A DNA stretch of 64,000 bases from Candidatus Eiseniibacteriota bacterium (GCA_963762255.1 CAVXKA010000001.1:768001-832000), one strand, 5' to 3'. Counted from the stretch's first letter, positions 9,363 to 17,542 are shown. The notes: a model not told the origin generated them from the sequence alone. Program-made: numbers and translations.

Positions 9363-9998
9363 ATGATCCCTGACCGAGACAAACCCAAAGTTCGCGAGAA
9401 GCTGTCCCGCATGGACAAGCCCGTCACTATTGTTTACTTCACCCAGGAAGACGAGTGCCTCTACTGTCGGGAGACCCACGAACTTCTGGAGGATCTCGCG
9501 GCGCTATCCGAGCACATCAAGCTCGAGGTCTACGATTTCGTTGCGGACGCCGAGAAGGCTCGTGAGTACGGCGTGACCAAGATCCCGGCCATGGTGCTCC
9601 TGGGCGACAAGGATCACGGCATTCGCTACTTCGGCGTGCCGGCGGGATACGAGTTCGCGGGCCTGCTCGAGGATCTGGTCATGGTCTCGAACCGCGACTC
9701 GGGATTGTCCAAGACGTCGCGCGCGCGGCTCAAGGCGCTGAATCAGCCGCTGCACTTGCAAGTATTTGTCACGCCAACGTGTCCGTATTGTCCGGGCGTG
9801 GTGCGGCTGGCGCATCAGTTCGCGCTGGAGAGCGATCACGTGACGAGCGACATGGTGGAGGCCACCGAGTTCCCCGAGTTGAGCAATCGCTATGCGGTGA
9901 TGGGGGTGCCCAAGACGGTGGTGAACGAAATCCCCGCCATGGAAGGGATGGTCGGCGAGGAAGAGTTTCTGGACGCCGTGTTGACGGCAGTGGAGTGA
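9363..9998 (+). CDS. Protein disulfide oxidoreductase (double thioredoxin fold, PDO/AhpF N-terminal-like)
   Basis: Two CxxC motifs (CLYC, CPYC), GVPAGYEF and MGVPK; GGAGG RBS. Confidence 0.92.
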   Translation: MIPDRDKPKVREKLSRMDKPVTIVYFTQEDECLYCRETHELLEDLAALSEHIKLEVYDFVADAEKAREYGVTKIPAMVLLGDKDHGIRYFGVPAGYEFAGLLEDLVMVSNRDSGLSKTSRARLKALNQPLHLQVFVTPTCPYCPGVVRLAHQFALESDHVTSDMVEATEFPELSNRYAVMGVPKTVVNEIPAMEGMVGEEEFLDAVLTAVE

Positions 9999-10041
9999 GG
10001 AGAGCGCGACAGTGTGCGCTGGCGGCGGTCGCGAGCCGCCG

Positions 10042-11181
10042 TCAGCCCAGCACGCGCTTGAAGTAATCGAGAAGATTCTGCCCCAGGAACCCGGTGAGTT
10101 CCTCTTCGCGCCAGCCGCGCTCGAGGAGGCGGGCGGTGAGGTTAGGGAGCAGGCCCACGTGCTCGAGCCCCATCGGGAAGCGGCGCGCGCCGTCGAAGTC
10201 GGAGCCCAGCCCCACTGCGCCGGTGCCCATCACGCGTAGCGCGTGCTCGACGTGGTCCGCAGCGTCGTCGAGGGTGGCTAGCGACACGTTGCGGCAGTAG
10301 GTGTCGTAGTCCACGTCCGGGACCGCTCCCCAGAGCCGGTCTTCCAGTGGTGTGCCGGGTGGCGTGTAGCCGGTCTCCTGCTTCGCCCGTTCCCACCGTC
10401 CCGCCTCATCCACCAGAAACGGACTGACGAGGCAAACGCTCATCACCCCGCCCTTGTCCGCCAACGCGCGCATCTGCGCGTCGTCCAGGTTCCGGCGATG
10501 GTGATTGATGGCCTTCACCGAGGAGTGGCTCGCGAAGGGGGGCTTCTCGCCGTGGTCGAGCACGTCCCAGAAGGTGGCAGGAGCCACGTGCGAGACGTCC
10601 ACCGCCATGCCGATCTCCTCCATCGTTCCCAGCACGCGGCGGCCCAGGTCGTTGAGCCCTCCGTGCTGGGGGAGCTTCGGGTCCATCGGGCCGCAGCCAT
10701 CCGCCCAGTTGTTGGTGTTGTTCCATGTCAGCGTCATCGCACGGATGCCGCGGGCGTGGAAGCGGCGGAGCGTGTCGAGGGAGTCTTCAATGGCGTGGCC
10801 GCCCTCGATGCTCAGCATTCCGCCGAAGCGGCCGGCGCGCCAGGCGGCTTCGAGATCGCTCCCGCTCTTGCACGCGACGAGGCGGTCGGGGAATCGGCGC
10901 GTTTCCTCTTCGAACCGGTCGATCAGGCGATCCACTTCCGCTGCGGCGCGATCCGGGATGAACTTGGGCGAGACGTAGCAGGCGAAGACCTGCGCCTTGA
11001 GGCCGCCGGTCGCGATCTTCTCCCAGGAGAGGTGGACGTCGTCGGGGGCGCTCCCGAGATCGTAGCCGCGGTCAGCCATCTCGGAGACGGTGTCCACGTG
11101 GGAATCCAAAATGAAGGCGCGGGCGTGAAGCGCCCGCGCTCTCTCTATCGCCTGCTGGCTGGGGGGCTCTGCCGTTGTCAT
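10042..11181 (-). CDS. Membrane/renal dipeptidase family (peptidase M19)
   Basis: DSHVD, SIEGGH, LTWN, VDVSH, ASHSS, RNLDD and GLGSDFDG motifs. Confidence 0.93.
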   Translation of the reverse strand: MTTAEPPSQQAIERARALHARAFILDSHVDTVSEMADRGYDLGSAPDDVHLSWEKIATGGLKAQVFACYVSPKFIPDRAAAEVDRLIDRFEEETRRFPDRLVACKSGSDLEAAWRAGRFGGMLSIEGGHAIEDSLDTLRRFHARGIRAMTLTWNNTNNWADGCGPMDPKLPQHGGLNDLGRRVLGTMEEIGMAVDVSHVAPATFWDVLDHGEKPPFASHSSVKAINHHRRNLDDAQMRALADKGGVMSVCLVSPFLVDEAGRWERAKQETGYTPPGTPLEDRLWGAVPDVDYDTYCRNVSLATLDDAADHVEHALRVMGTGAVGLGSDFDGARRFPMGLEHVGLLPNLTARLLERGWREEELTGFLGQNLLDYFKRVLG

Positions 11182-11206
11182 CGCCCCATGTTAATCGGCG
11201 GCGCGG

Positions 11207-11875
11207 TCAGTCGTCGAGATAGTAGCCGTCGAGCACGATCACCGTGAGGGCGTTCGGGTGTCGGTGATACCGCAAGTGCTGGTGGTATTCGGACACCGAC
11301 CAGAACTCCATGTCGCAGTATGGGTCGTAGAACACGAATCCCTCGGGCGGGGCGTCGCCGAGTTCCAGGCGCAGGGCGAGGCCACCGAGGTAGATGCCCA
11401 GCCCGGCGTGGAAGTAGAACGGGTCGTCATGCACGTAGATCCGTTGGACGTCGCGATACCAGGGACGGACGACGTAACGAGGCGGCGGGCAGGCGCGCAG
11501 GTCGCGATGGCGCACGACGACGCGTTGCCGGCGATCGTAACGGCCGTGGTCGCGATCGTTGTCGCGGTCACGGATGACGATGCGATCGCGGTCTCTGTCG
11601 CGGTCGTTGTCCCGGCCGCGCACGGAGCGGTCGTCTTCGCGGCCTCGAACCGCGCGGTCGTCGCGGCGGTCTTTGCTGCGGTCGTTACTGCGGACGGCCC
11701 GGTCGCTCTTGCGCGCGCGTTCCGGCTTCTTGACGGTGCGCTCCTGGCGTTGGTCATTTTTCCGGCTGCGGCTGTTGTCGGCAGCCTGCGCCGCAGTCGT
11801 GCCGACAGTGCCGGCCAGGACCGCGAGGGCAATAGCGGTGAGCGCGACGCGTTTCAATGAGCTGGGGGTTTTCAT
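11207..11875 (-). CDS. Secreted protein with an Arg/Asp-rich low-complexity region and a C-terminal zinc-finger-like motif
   Basis: Start MKTPSSLKRVALTAIALAVLAG (signal peptide) after a GGAGA RBS; RD-rich repeats; C-terminal DPYCDMEFWSVSEYHQHLRYH. Confidence 0.7.
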   Translation of the reverse strand: MKTPSSLKRVALTAIALAVLAGTVGTTAAQAADNSRSRKNDQRQERTVKKPERARKSDRAVRSNDRSKDRRDDRAVRGREDDRSVRGRDNDRDRDRDRIVIRDRDNDRDHGRYDRRQRVVVRHRDLRACPPPRYVVRPWYRDVQRIYVHDDPFYFHAGLGIYLGGLALRLELGDAPPEGFVFYDPYCDMEFWSVSEYHQHLRYHRHPNALTVIVLDGYYLDD

Positions 11876-11967
11876 GGCTCTGTCTCCTCTTCCGGGGCGC
11901 GCTTTGGCCGATGTGCGTGCTTGCCGGGCTTCGCGCGCCGGCCGGTGATGCAACGCAGGGCGTATAG

Positions 11968-11983
11968 AGCAGGAGACGTGCCA
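11968..11983 (-). promoter_or_regulatory. Sigma54 (-24/-12) promoter candidate
   Basis: Minus strand TGGCACGTCTCCTGCT versus consensus TGGCAC-N5-TTGC; GG and GC correctly spaced; about 90 bp upstream of ATG 11875. Confidence 0.6.
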
Positions 11984-11991
11984 GTGGGGCG

Positions 11992-12021
11992 TGCTCACCC
12001 GGGTGATCACCCGGGTGAGCA
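11992..12021. repeat. Perfect 30-bp palindrome made of two tandem 12-bp palindromes
   Basis: TGC-TCACCCGGGTGA-TCACCCGGGTGA-GCA equals its own reverse complement. Confidence 0.9.
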
Positions 12022-12254
12022 GGGGAAGTCCTTGTTTTGGTTGGACCTATGGGAGGCGGGGTGACGACTTTACCCGGGGAAAGTGGAGGGCGCCGCAGGC
12101 CTCCTGGTGTGTCGCGAGGGGAACAGGGTGGGGCGAGGGAGATCGGCCATGGTCCCTCATGCTCGTCCGGGCCTTCACGCGTTTCCATTCCGAGGCGATC
12201 GTCGCGCCTGCCGTCGCACGGCGTCCCCATCGCGTTACACGGACCCCGCTCGCA

Positions 12255-12399
12255 GGCTAACACCCGAGGCTGTCATCGCGAATCACCGGAGACGCCGGTG
12301 ACCCGAGAGGGGGGCGGGCGCGGCTATACTGGGCAGGAAGACAGCCCTGAGCGGAGCGATTCGCGGGTCAATGGGGCGTTAGCGCCTGGATAGTTAGGA
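12255..12399 (+). mobile_element. attC-like (or attI-like) integron recombination site
   Basis: GGCTAAC (12255) and GTTAGCG (12378) are complementary ends, with inner pairing TCGCGAATC/GATTCGCGG. A second core-like GTTAGGA lies at 12393, just before the VOC gene. Confidence 0.45.
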
Positions 12400-12407
12400 G
12401 GGCAACG

Positions 12408-12812
12408 ATGGCCAGGATTACCGGAGTCGGCGGCGTATTCTTCAAGAGCAAAGGCGACAGCGCTGCACTGGCAGCGTGGTATCGGAAGCACCTGGGCATG
12501 TCGCTGGAAGACTTTGGTGGCGCCATTCTCAGATGGCCGGACGACAAGGCCGAGGACCGAGGCCTTACTGTGTGGCATGTCGCGGAGAAAGACAGCCAGT
12601 GGTTCAGCCCAAGCAATTCTTCCTTCATGATCAACTACCGGGTCGACAACCTCGGCGAGCTGCTGGAGCAGCTGCGCGCGGGAGGTGTGGAAATCATCCA
12701 AGGACCCGAATCGCACGAGAACGGCAAGTTTGCGTGGATCATGGATCCAGACGACAATAAGGTCGAGCTCTGGGAGCCGAAGGTCTGGGACGACAAGAAC
12801 AAAGGTGTCTGA
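12408..12812 (+). CDS. VOC/glyoxalase family protein, probable gene cassette
   Basis: MARITGVGGVFFKS, WYRKHLG, FMINYRVDNL and GKFAWIMDPDDNKVELWEP; flanked by attC-like sites. Confidence 0.93.
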   Translation: MARITGVGGVFFKSKGDSAALAAWYRKHLGMSLEDFGGAILRWPDDKAEDRGLTVWHVAEKDSQWFSPSNSSFMINYRVDNLGELLEQLRAGGVEIIQGPESHENGKFAWIMDPDDNKVELWEPKVWDDKNKGV

Positions 12813-12819
12813 GAGCGCC

Positions 12820-12883
12820 GCCTAACAGCCGGTTGCAGCGGACGGTCCGCTGCGCGGCCCGTCGCTGGGCCGGAGCGTTACCT
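12820..12883 (+). mobile_element. attC site with a degenerate R' end
   Basis: GCCTAAC-AGCCGGTTGCAGCGGACGG-TCCGCTGCGCGG-CCCGTCGCTGGGCCGGAGC-GTTACCT is a 64-bp imperfect palindrome just after the VOC stop, with an RYYYAAC inverse core. Confidence 0.7.
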
Positions 12884-12949
12884 AGCCCGACTTCTGCGTC
12901 GCGACCTCGTGCGGGCTGCGCACCAGCAGTTGGTGAGCGAGAGGCGGCA

Positions 12950-12991
12950 CCATCGGTCATCTGCACGCTAGAGGAGTTGACGGAGGAGTAG
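12950..12991 (+). pseudogene. C-terminal remnant of a PIN-domain (VapC-like) protein
   Basis: Translates PSVICTLEELTEE*, matching the PxICTPEEL C-terminus of a PIN family usually followed by a DPIVEEVR partner; no recognisable upstream PIN sequence. Confidence 0.5.
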
Positions 12992-12993
12992 CC

Positions 12994-13179
12994 CTGCGCC
13001 GAGATCCTATCGTCGAAGAAGTCCGCGTCATCCGCGACGAACTTGCCAAGCGTCACGGCTACGACATCGGCGCCATCGTCCGGGCCCTGCAGAAGGCGTC
13101 CGTGGACGATGGCCGGGAGCTGGTCTCGCTTCCGCTGAGGCCCTTGGCGGAAGAGAACGACGACCGCAAAGCAGGCTAG
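12994..13179 (+). CDS. Small DPIVEEVR-type protein, a PIN-associated putative antitoxin; CTG start, possibly pseudogenised
   Basis: Not in the ORF track. GGAGGAG RBS then CTG, giving (M)RRDPIVEEVRVIRDELAKRHGYDIGAIVRALQ...RKAG*. Confidence 0.6.
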   Translation: MRRDPIVEEVRVIRDELAKRHGYDIGAIVRALQKASVDDGRELVSLPLRPLAEENDDRKAG

Positions 13180-13310
13180 CGATCGCAGCCGGCCATTCGC
13201 GGTGGGCCTTGGGCCAAGGAGGCGGCGGCCTGACTTCCCGTCGGTTAGTAGGGTGTTCGCCGGACGTTTCCCTCGCGCCGACGCGGTTGCGATGAAAGGG
13301 GGCAAGAGCC

Positions 13311-13640
13311 ATGCAGTTCGGGACTCTGCCATTCACGACGACAGACTGGAAGGCGATGCCGACAACTGAGCACCCCGGGGAATCGGGGGTAGCTCTCTGG
13401 CGGACCGTCGAAGCGGGAGACTTGCGTGTTCGCATGGTGGACTACAGCCCGGGCTATGTGGCGGACCACTGGTGCAGCCGCGGGCATGTTCTCCTCGTGC
13501 TCGAGGGGGAATTGACCACTGAGCTGCAGGACGGCCGGGTTGTCACGCTCACTCCCGGCATGAGCTACCAAGTGGCTCACGATACCGCGCCTCACAAGTC
13601 GCGGACCGAGGTCGGAGCAAAGCTGTTCATAGTTGACTGA
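13311..13640 (+). CDS. DHCW-motif cupin fold protein
   Basis: EHPGESGVALWRT, YSPGYVADHWCSRGH and KLFIVD. Confidence 0.88.
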   Translation: MQFGTLPFTTTDWKAMPTTEHPGESGVALWRTVEAGDLRVRMVDYSPGYVADHWCSRGHVLLVLEGELTTELQDGRVVTLTPGMSYQVAHDTAPHKSRTEVGAKLFIVD

Positions 13641-13677
13641 TGAGGGGCAATTCGCTCGCGTTCAGGGGGTCCGGCCA

Positions 13678-14049
13678 ATGCCAAAGGTTGTCAACATCGA
13701 CGACTGCTTCAAAAGATTCGCGGACACGTTCTCACCCAAGATCGTGGCCGACCTGAATGGCCAGCACGTCAAGCTCGCACGGCTGGAGGGCGACAAGGTC
13801 CCGTGGCACACGCACGCGAAGGAAGACGAACTGTTCTACGTTCTGGACGGCACGCTCGACATCCAGGACGAGGGCGACATGTTCACGGTGCGCGCGGGCG
13901 AGTTCTACATCGTCCTCCGCGGGAGGAAGCACCGTATTGTTCCCCGCGGACACGTGAAGCTGATGCTGTTCGAGCCGGCGGGCATCGCTCACACCGGCGA
14001 CGCGCGGGCCGAGATCACGCGCGATTCGTGCGATCGGCTGGAGTTGTGA
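13678..14049 (+). CDS. Cupin domain protein
   Basis: FSPKIVADLNGQHVKLA, WHTHAKEDELF, GEFYIV...H and LFEPAG...TGD. Confidence 0.88.
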   Translation: MPKVVNIDDCFKRFADTFSPKIVADLNGQHVKLARLEGDKVPWHTHAKEDELFYVLDGTLDIQDEGDMFTVRAGEFYIVLRGRKHRIVPRGHVKLMLFEPAGIAHTGDARAEITRDSCDRLEL

Positions 14050-14083
14050 GGCGGGGGGCCTGGTGCCGCCCGGGAGATCAACG

Positions 14084-14407
14084 ATGCCCAAGACAAAGCT
14101 ACCGCCTGTGACCCCCGGTGAACTCCTGCTCGAGGAGTTCCTGAAGCCTATGGGGATCTCACGGTACCGACTGGCCAAGGAGATCGGGGTGCCTGCCCAG
14201 CGAATCGGTGAGATTGTTGCGGGCAGGCGGTCGATCACCGCAGACACCGACCTGCGCTTGTGCCGGTTCTTCGGCTTGTCGAACGGATACTGGCTTCGCG
14301 CTCAGGCCGCCTACGACACAGAAGTCGCAGCAGACGCGCTCTCGGATACGCTGAGGAAGATCAAGCCCTGGGCTGGTCCTGGTCGGCGGGCGGGTCACGC
14401 GGCTTGA
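14084..14407 (+). CDS. higA: HigA-family addiction module antidote (XRE HTH); no higB upstream
   Basis: PVTPGELLLEEFLKPMGISRYRLAKEIGVP...ITADTDLRLCRFFGLS..YWLRAQAAYD. Confidence 0.92.
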   Translation: MPKTKLPPVTPGELLLEEFLKPMGISRYRLAKEIGVPAQRIGEIVAGRRSITADTDLRLCRFFGLSNGYWLRAQAAYDTEVAADALSDTLRKIKPWAGPGRRAGHAA

Positions 14408-14712
14408 CTGTGTAGACTTCGGGGAGTTCGGGGCTGCTCTATGTCCTCAAGAAGTGGTGCGGTCCAGAAGCGACATCGGGACCGGGGGCATGGGCCGGGG
14501 CCGCCCCACAACCAGCTCTGAAGCCTTGTCCTCCCAATCGCTCCTGACTAGATTTCCGAGTCACGGACTTGATGGAGACCCTCTTGGCGTTTCGCCCAAG
14601 GCGATGCTCTTGACGAAAGGCCTGAACCGGACTTTAACTCGGAAGCCATCGACTTCCGAGTAGCTTCTGAGTTGGTTGGCGAGCTTCGACCATCGGGTGA
14701 TCGGAGGTTCCC

Positions 14713-14946
14713 GTGCAGAAGTCGCAGATGCTGGCGAGCGTCGCGATCATACTGGGCGCACTGGCGCTGCTGCTGAGCTGGGGCGCGACGCTTGCCCTCC
14801 TCGATATCGTGCAGGGAAGAGAGCCCGACCTGTCACTCGAGTGGACCGTCGTCTGGATCGCCTTGCCGGTGATAACTCTGGCACAGGTCGTCTCCATCGC
14901 GGCGCTCGTGACGATGCAGGCATGCCGCACGAGGTCAACCAAATGA
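14713..14946 (+). CDS. Small two-TM membrane protein
   Basis: GGAGG RBS, GTG start, two hydrophobic segments; stop overlaps the next ATG (ATGA). Confidence 0.55.
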   Translation: MQKSQMLASVAIILGALALLLSWGATLALLDIVQGREPDLSLEWTVVWIALPVITLAQVVSIAALVTMQACRTRSTK

Positions 14947-15449
14947 GTGTGACGATCTCCCTTTCACAGGTAGTGGCGGGCCTTGAGATGGTCTCCACCG
15001 AATGCACCAGCTATCTCAATCGCCTGACCGGAGAGGTCATCTCCTGTTCGGATGATGAACTTGATGCGGCCGAGGACGAGTCGATGGAGGATGACGCGGA
15101 GCGTCCCGACTGGGAGCAGGGGCTGATCGAGCAAGCACGGGCGGTCATCGCTTCGGACGATTGGGTCGCCCTTCCCGATAGCTTCGAGATCCACGAACAC
15201 CGGATCATGGAGGATTTCGCCGAGTCCCAGTCCGGCAGCCTCCGGGACGAGCTGTTGCGAGCGCTTCGGGGAGCCGGTACCTTCCGCCGGTTCAAGAACG
15301 AGCTTGAGCGCCTGGGAATCCGTGACGAGTGGTTTCGTTATCGTCGGCAGGCCTTCGGGGGAATCGCACGGGATTGGCTGGAAGCCAACGAACTTCCGTT
15401 CGATCCGACGGACGATCCGGACGCGGATGGGGCGCCGGAGGGTAAGTAA
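14943..15449 (+). CDS. UPF0158 family protein
   Basis: SYLNRLTGEV, LPDSFEIHEHRIMEDFA, ALRGAGTFRRFK, WFRYR and WLEAN. Confidence 0.88.
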   Translation: MSVTISLSQVVAGLEMVSTECTSYLNRLTGEVISCSDDELDAAEDESMEDDAERPDWEQGLIEQARAVIASDDWVALPDSFEIHEHRIMEDFAESQSGSLRDELLRALRGAGTFRRFKNELERLGIRDEWFRYRRQAFGGIARDWLEANELPFDPTDDPDADGAPEGK

Positions 15450-15488
15450 GGCGATCCGTGCTGTCCCCTCACCCTGGGAGGTTTCACC

Positions 15489-16317
15489 ATGAATCGTGTG
15501 AGCGTGTCGATCGGTGCCATCCTGCTCTCACTTGCGACCCTCCCGATGCGGGCCGGCGCGCAGGAGCCCCCCAAGTCCCATCGTGACCTGGACTGGCAGG
15601 CGCCGCGCCGATGGGTGCACGTGGACAACGTCGACGCGCAGAAGGCATCGCTGTTCGTGGACGCCCGCCTGAGCTGGCTGGCAAAGTTGCGCACCGACGA
15701 CGGGCTCCTCGCCGACGGCAGGCCGCTCTTCTGGCATGCGCGATCTTCGAAGGCCGGCGAGACGTTCTTCTCGTTCTACCCCTTCCGCACATGGACGGAC
15801 CTCGACGCGCGCGGGCAAATGGCCACCGAGACGGTCAAGGTGGTCGGGGAAGACGCCTTGAAGGCATACGACTCGGGTGACGAAGCGCTGGTCTCCCCGC
15901 ATTACTCGCAGATCTGGTCGCGCGTGGCGGAGTACGACATCGCCGTGCCGGCCACCGAGTCCTTGACCGAACTCAGCGCGACGGCGGGCAGGCTCGAAGT
16001 TCATTCGGTAGACATAACCCGGTGGGAACGTCTTCGAGCAGTCGTGGAAGCAGATCACGGACGCGCTTGTCGCCGCCGAGTACCCCCTGGCCTGCCGCGC
16101 CTTCAGGAGCACCTACGGGAAGGGCGAGTACATGATCTGGTGGTTGGCGCCGGACTCCGCCGCGTACATGAGCGCCCCATCGATCCAGGATGTTCTCGAC
16201 GAGCAACTCGGCCCGCAGAAGAGCGCGGAACTCCGCGGGGCCCTCGATGCGGTCTTCCCCGTCGAGGAGTTCTATGAGGTCGAGCGCCGCGCGGACTTGT
16301 CCAACTTGGGCAGGTAA
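15489..16317 (+). pseudogene. Exported hypothetical protein split by a single-base frameshift near 16024
   Basis: Signal peptide and GGAGG RBS. Removing one G from TGGGAAC joins frames into ...RWNVFEQSWKQITDAL...EVERRADLSNLGR* (stop 16317). Confidence 0.65.
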
Positions 16318-16350
16318 CGCGACCCGCCGCGAGGCAGAAAGGAGATAACG

Positions 16351-16764
16351 ATGATGGAGACCGTCGAGGAAGGGATCCTGAGGCGCGTTAGGGAATTCGA
16401 AGCGGCCTACAACGCGGGAGATGCCGACGCTCTGGCGGCCATCTACGCCGTCGACGGTACGCACACCTATGCGCTTGGCTTCACGCACCGCGGACGGACG
16501 GAGATCGGGAAAGGGCTCAAGGAGCAGTTCGCCGGGCCGTTCAAGGGCACGAAGATGGCCATCACACCGCTCCGTATTCGCGCGCTTTCATCGAGCATTG
16601 GGGTCGAAGAGGCGTCCTTCACCCTCTCGGGTCTCAAGGGCGCGGATGGCGCGGTACTGCCGCCATTCGGCGGATTCTGTCTGGTCGTCTACCAGAAGGA
16701 CGGCGACACCTGGTACGTCGCCGCAGCTCAGTGCATGGTGCCGCCGCCGATGCCGCAGCAGTAG
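16351..16764 (+). CDS. SnoaL/NTF2-like protein (DUF4440, SgcJ/EcaC family)
   Basis: FEAAYNAGDADALAAIY, GRTEI and YQKDGDTWYV; AAGGAG RBS. Confidence 0.85.
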   Translation: MMETVEEGILRRVREFEAAYNAGDADALAAIYAVDGTHTYALGFTHRGRTEIGKGLKEQFAGPFKGTKMAITPLRIRALSSSIGVEEASFTLSGLKGADGAVLPPFGGFCLVVYQKDGDTWYVAAAQCMVPPPMPQQ

Positions 16765-16824
16765 CGATTCCAGGCAGGCCGGATTTGCCGACGGGTGGAT
16801 GTGGTCTTGATTCCCACCTCCGGC

Positions 16825-17235
16825 TCACTTCGCCGGATAGGGCACGAGATGGAGTTTGAGCCACTTCGCCAAGGCCGCCTCGGAAAGGTCGCCCGCCGCG
16901 AGCTTGAGCATCACCGCCACGACTTCGGTCTCCGGGGCCTCAAGGTCGTAATCATTCAGCCCTAGGAAAACGAGCATCGTCAGAAACGCGACTCTCTTGT
17001 TGCCGTCGCGATAGGGGTGATTCCGGGCCAGGCCGAAACCGTGGGTTGCCGCGAGGGTGGCTATGGACGCGTTGCGTCCGTAGACCCAGCGGTGCCGCGG
17101 CCGGGCGAGCGCGGATTCCAGAGCGTTCTCATCCCGGACCCCGAGAAGTCCGCCGTGCGTGCGGATGAGGTCCAAGCGGATAGCGTCCACGATCACTCGA
17201 TCCACCCACACCGGCTCGCGCCGCCCCTTGGGCAT
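16825..17235 (-). CDS. doc: Death-on-curing (Fic/Doc) toxin
   Basis: HGGLLGVRDENALESALARP and the Fic/Doc motif NHPYRDGNKR. Confidence 0.93.
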   Translation of the reverse strand: MPKGRREPVWVDRVIVDAIRLDLIRTHGGLLGVRDENALESALARPRHRWVYGRNASIATLAATHGFGLARNHPYRDGNKRVAFLTMLVFLGLNDYDLEAPETEVVAVMLKLAAGDLSEAALAKWLKLHLVPYPAK

Positions 17236-17238
17236 GAT

Positions 17239-17466
17239 CTACTTCGCCAACTCCCGCAAGGCGTTCCGATACTTGCGTGCCCCTCGGGCCGCGATGGCCA
17301 GCGCCTTCTCGACCGTGGGGTCGTAGGGAGTCAGAAGGATGCCGCGGTCCGTCTCGATGGCGATGACGCGATCCCCCACCGCGAGGTGGAGTCGGTCCGC
17401 CATTTCCTTGGGCAGGGTGGCGCCTATGGACCCACCGACCTGACGCAGGACGACGTCTCGAGTCAT
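17239..17466 (-). CDS. AbrB/MazE-family antitoxin paired with Doc
   Basis: LRQVGGSIGATLPKE...GDRV...GILLTPYDP...YRNALRELAK; 3 bp upstream of doc. Confidence 0.92.
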   Translation of the reverse strand: MTRDVVLRQVGGSIGATLPKEMADRLHLAVGDRVIAIETDRGILLTPYDPTVEKALAIAARGARKYRNALRELAK

Positions 17467-17503
17467 GCTTCCTCCGGGTTTGCCAGCACAGCCGCCGAAG
17501 GTG

Positions 17504-17532
17504 ACAGTAGCACCAGAGTGCTACATCTGCAA
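17504..17532 (-). promoter_or_regulatory. Sigma70 promoter with an overlapping palindromic operator for the AbrB-Doc operon
   Basis: Minus strand TTGCAG-N17-TACTGT; palindrome GTAGCAC-CAGA-GTGCTAC (17507-17524) lies across the spacer and the -10. Confidence 0.65.
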
Positions 17533-17542
17533 GCTCCAAGGT

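Noticed and set aside
17507-17524. CIRCE (HrcA) element
   Set aside because: The half-sites resemble TAGCAC/GTGCTA but the spacing is far shorter than TTAGCACTC-N9-GAGTGCTAA, and the downstream genes are a TA pair, not chaperones.
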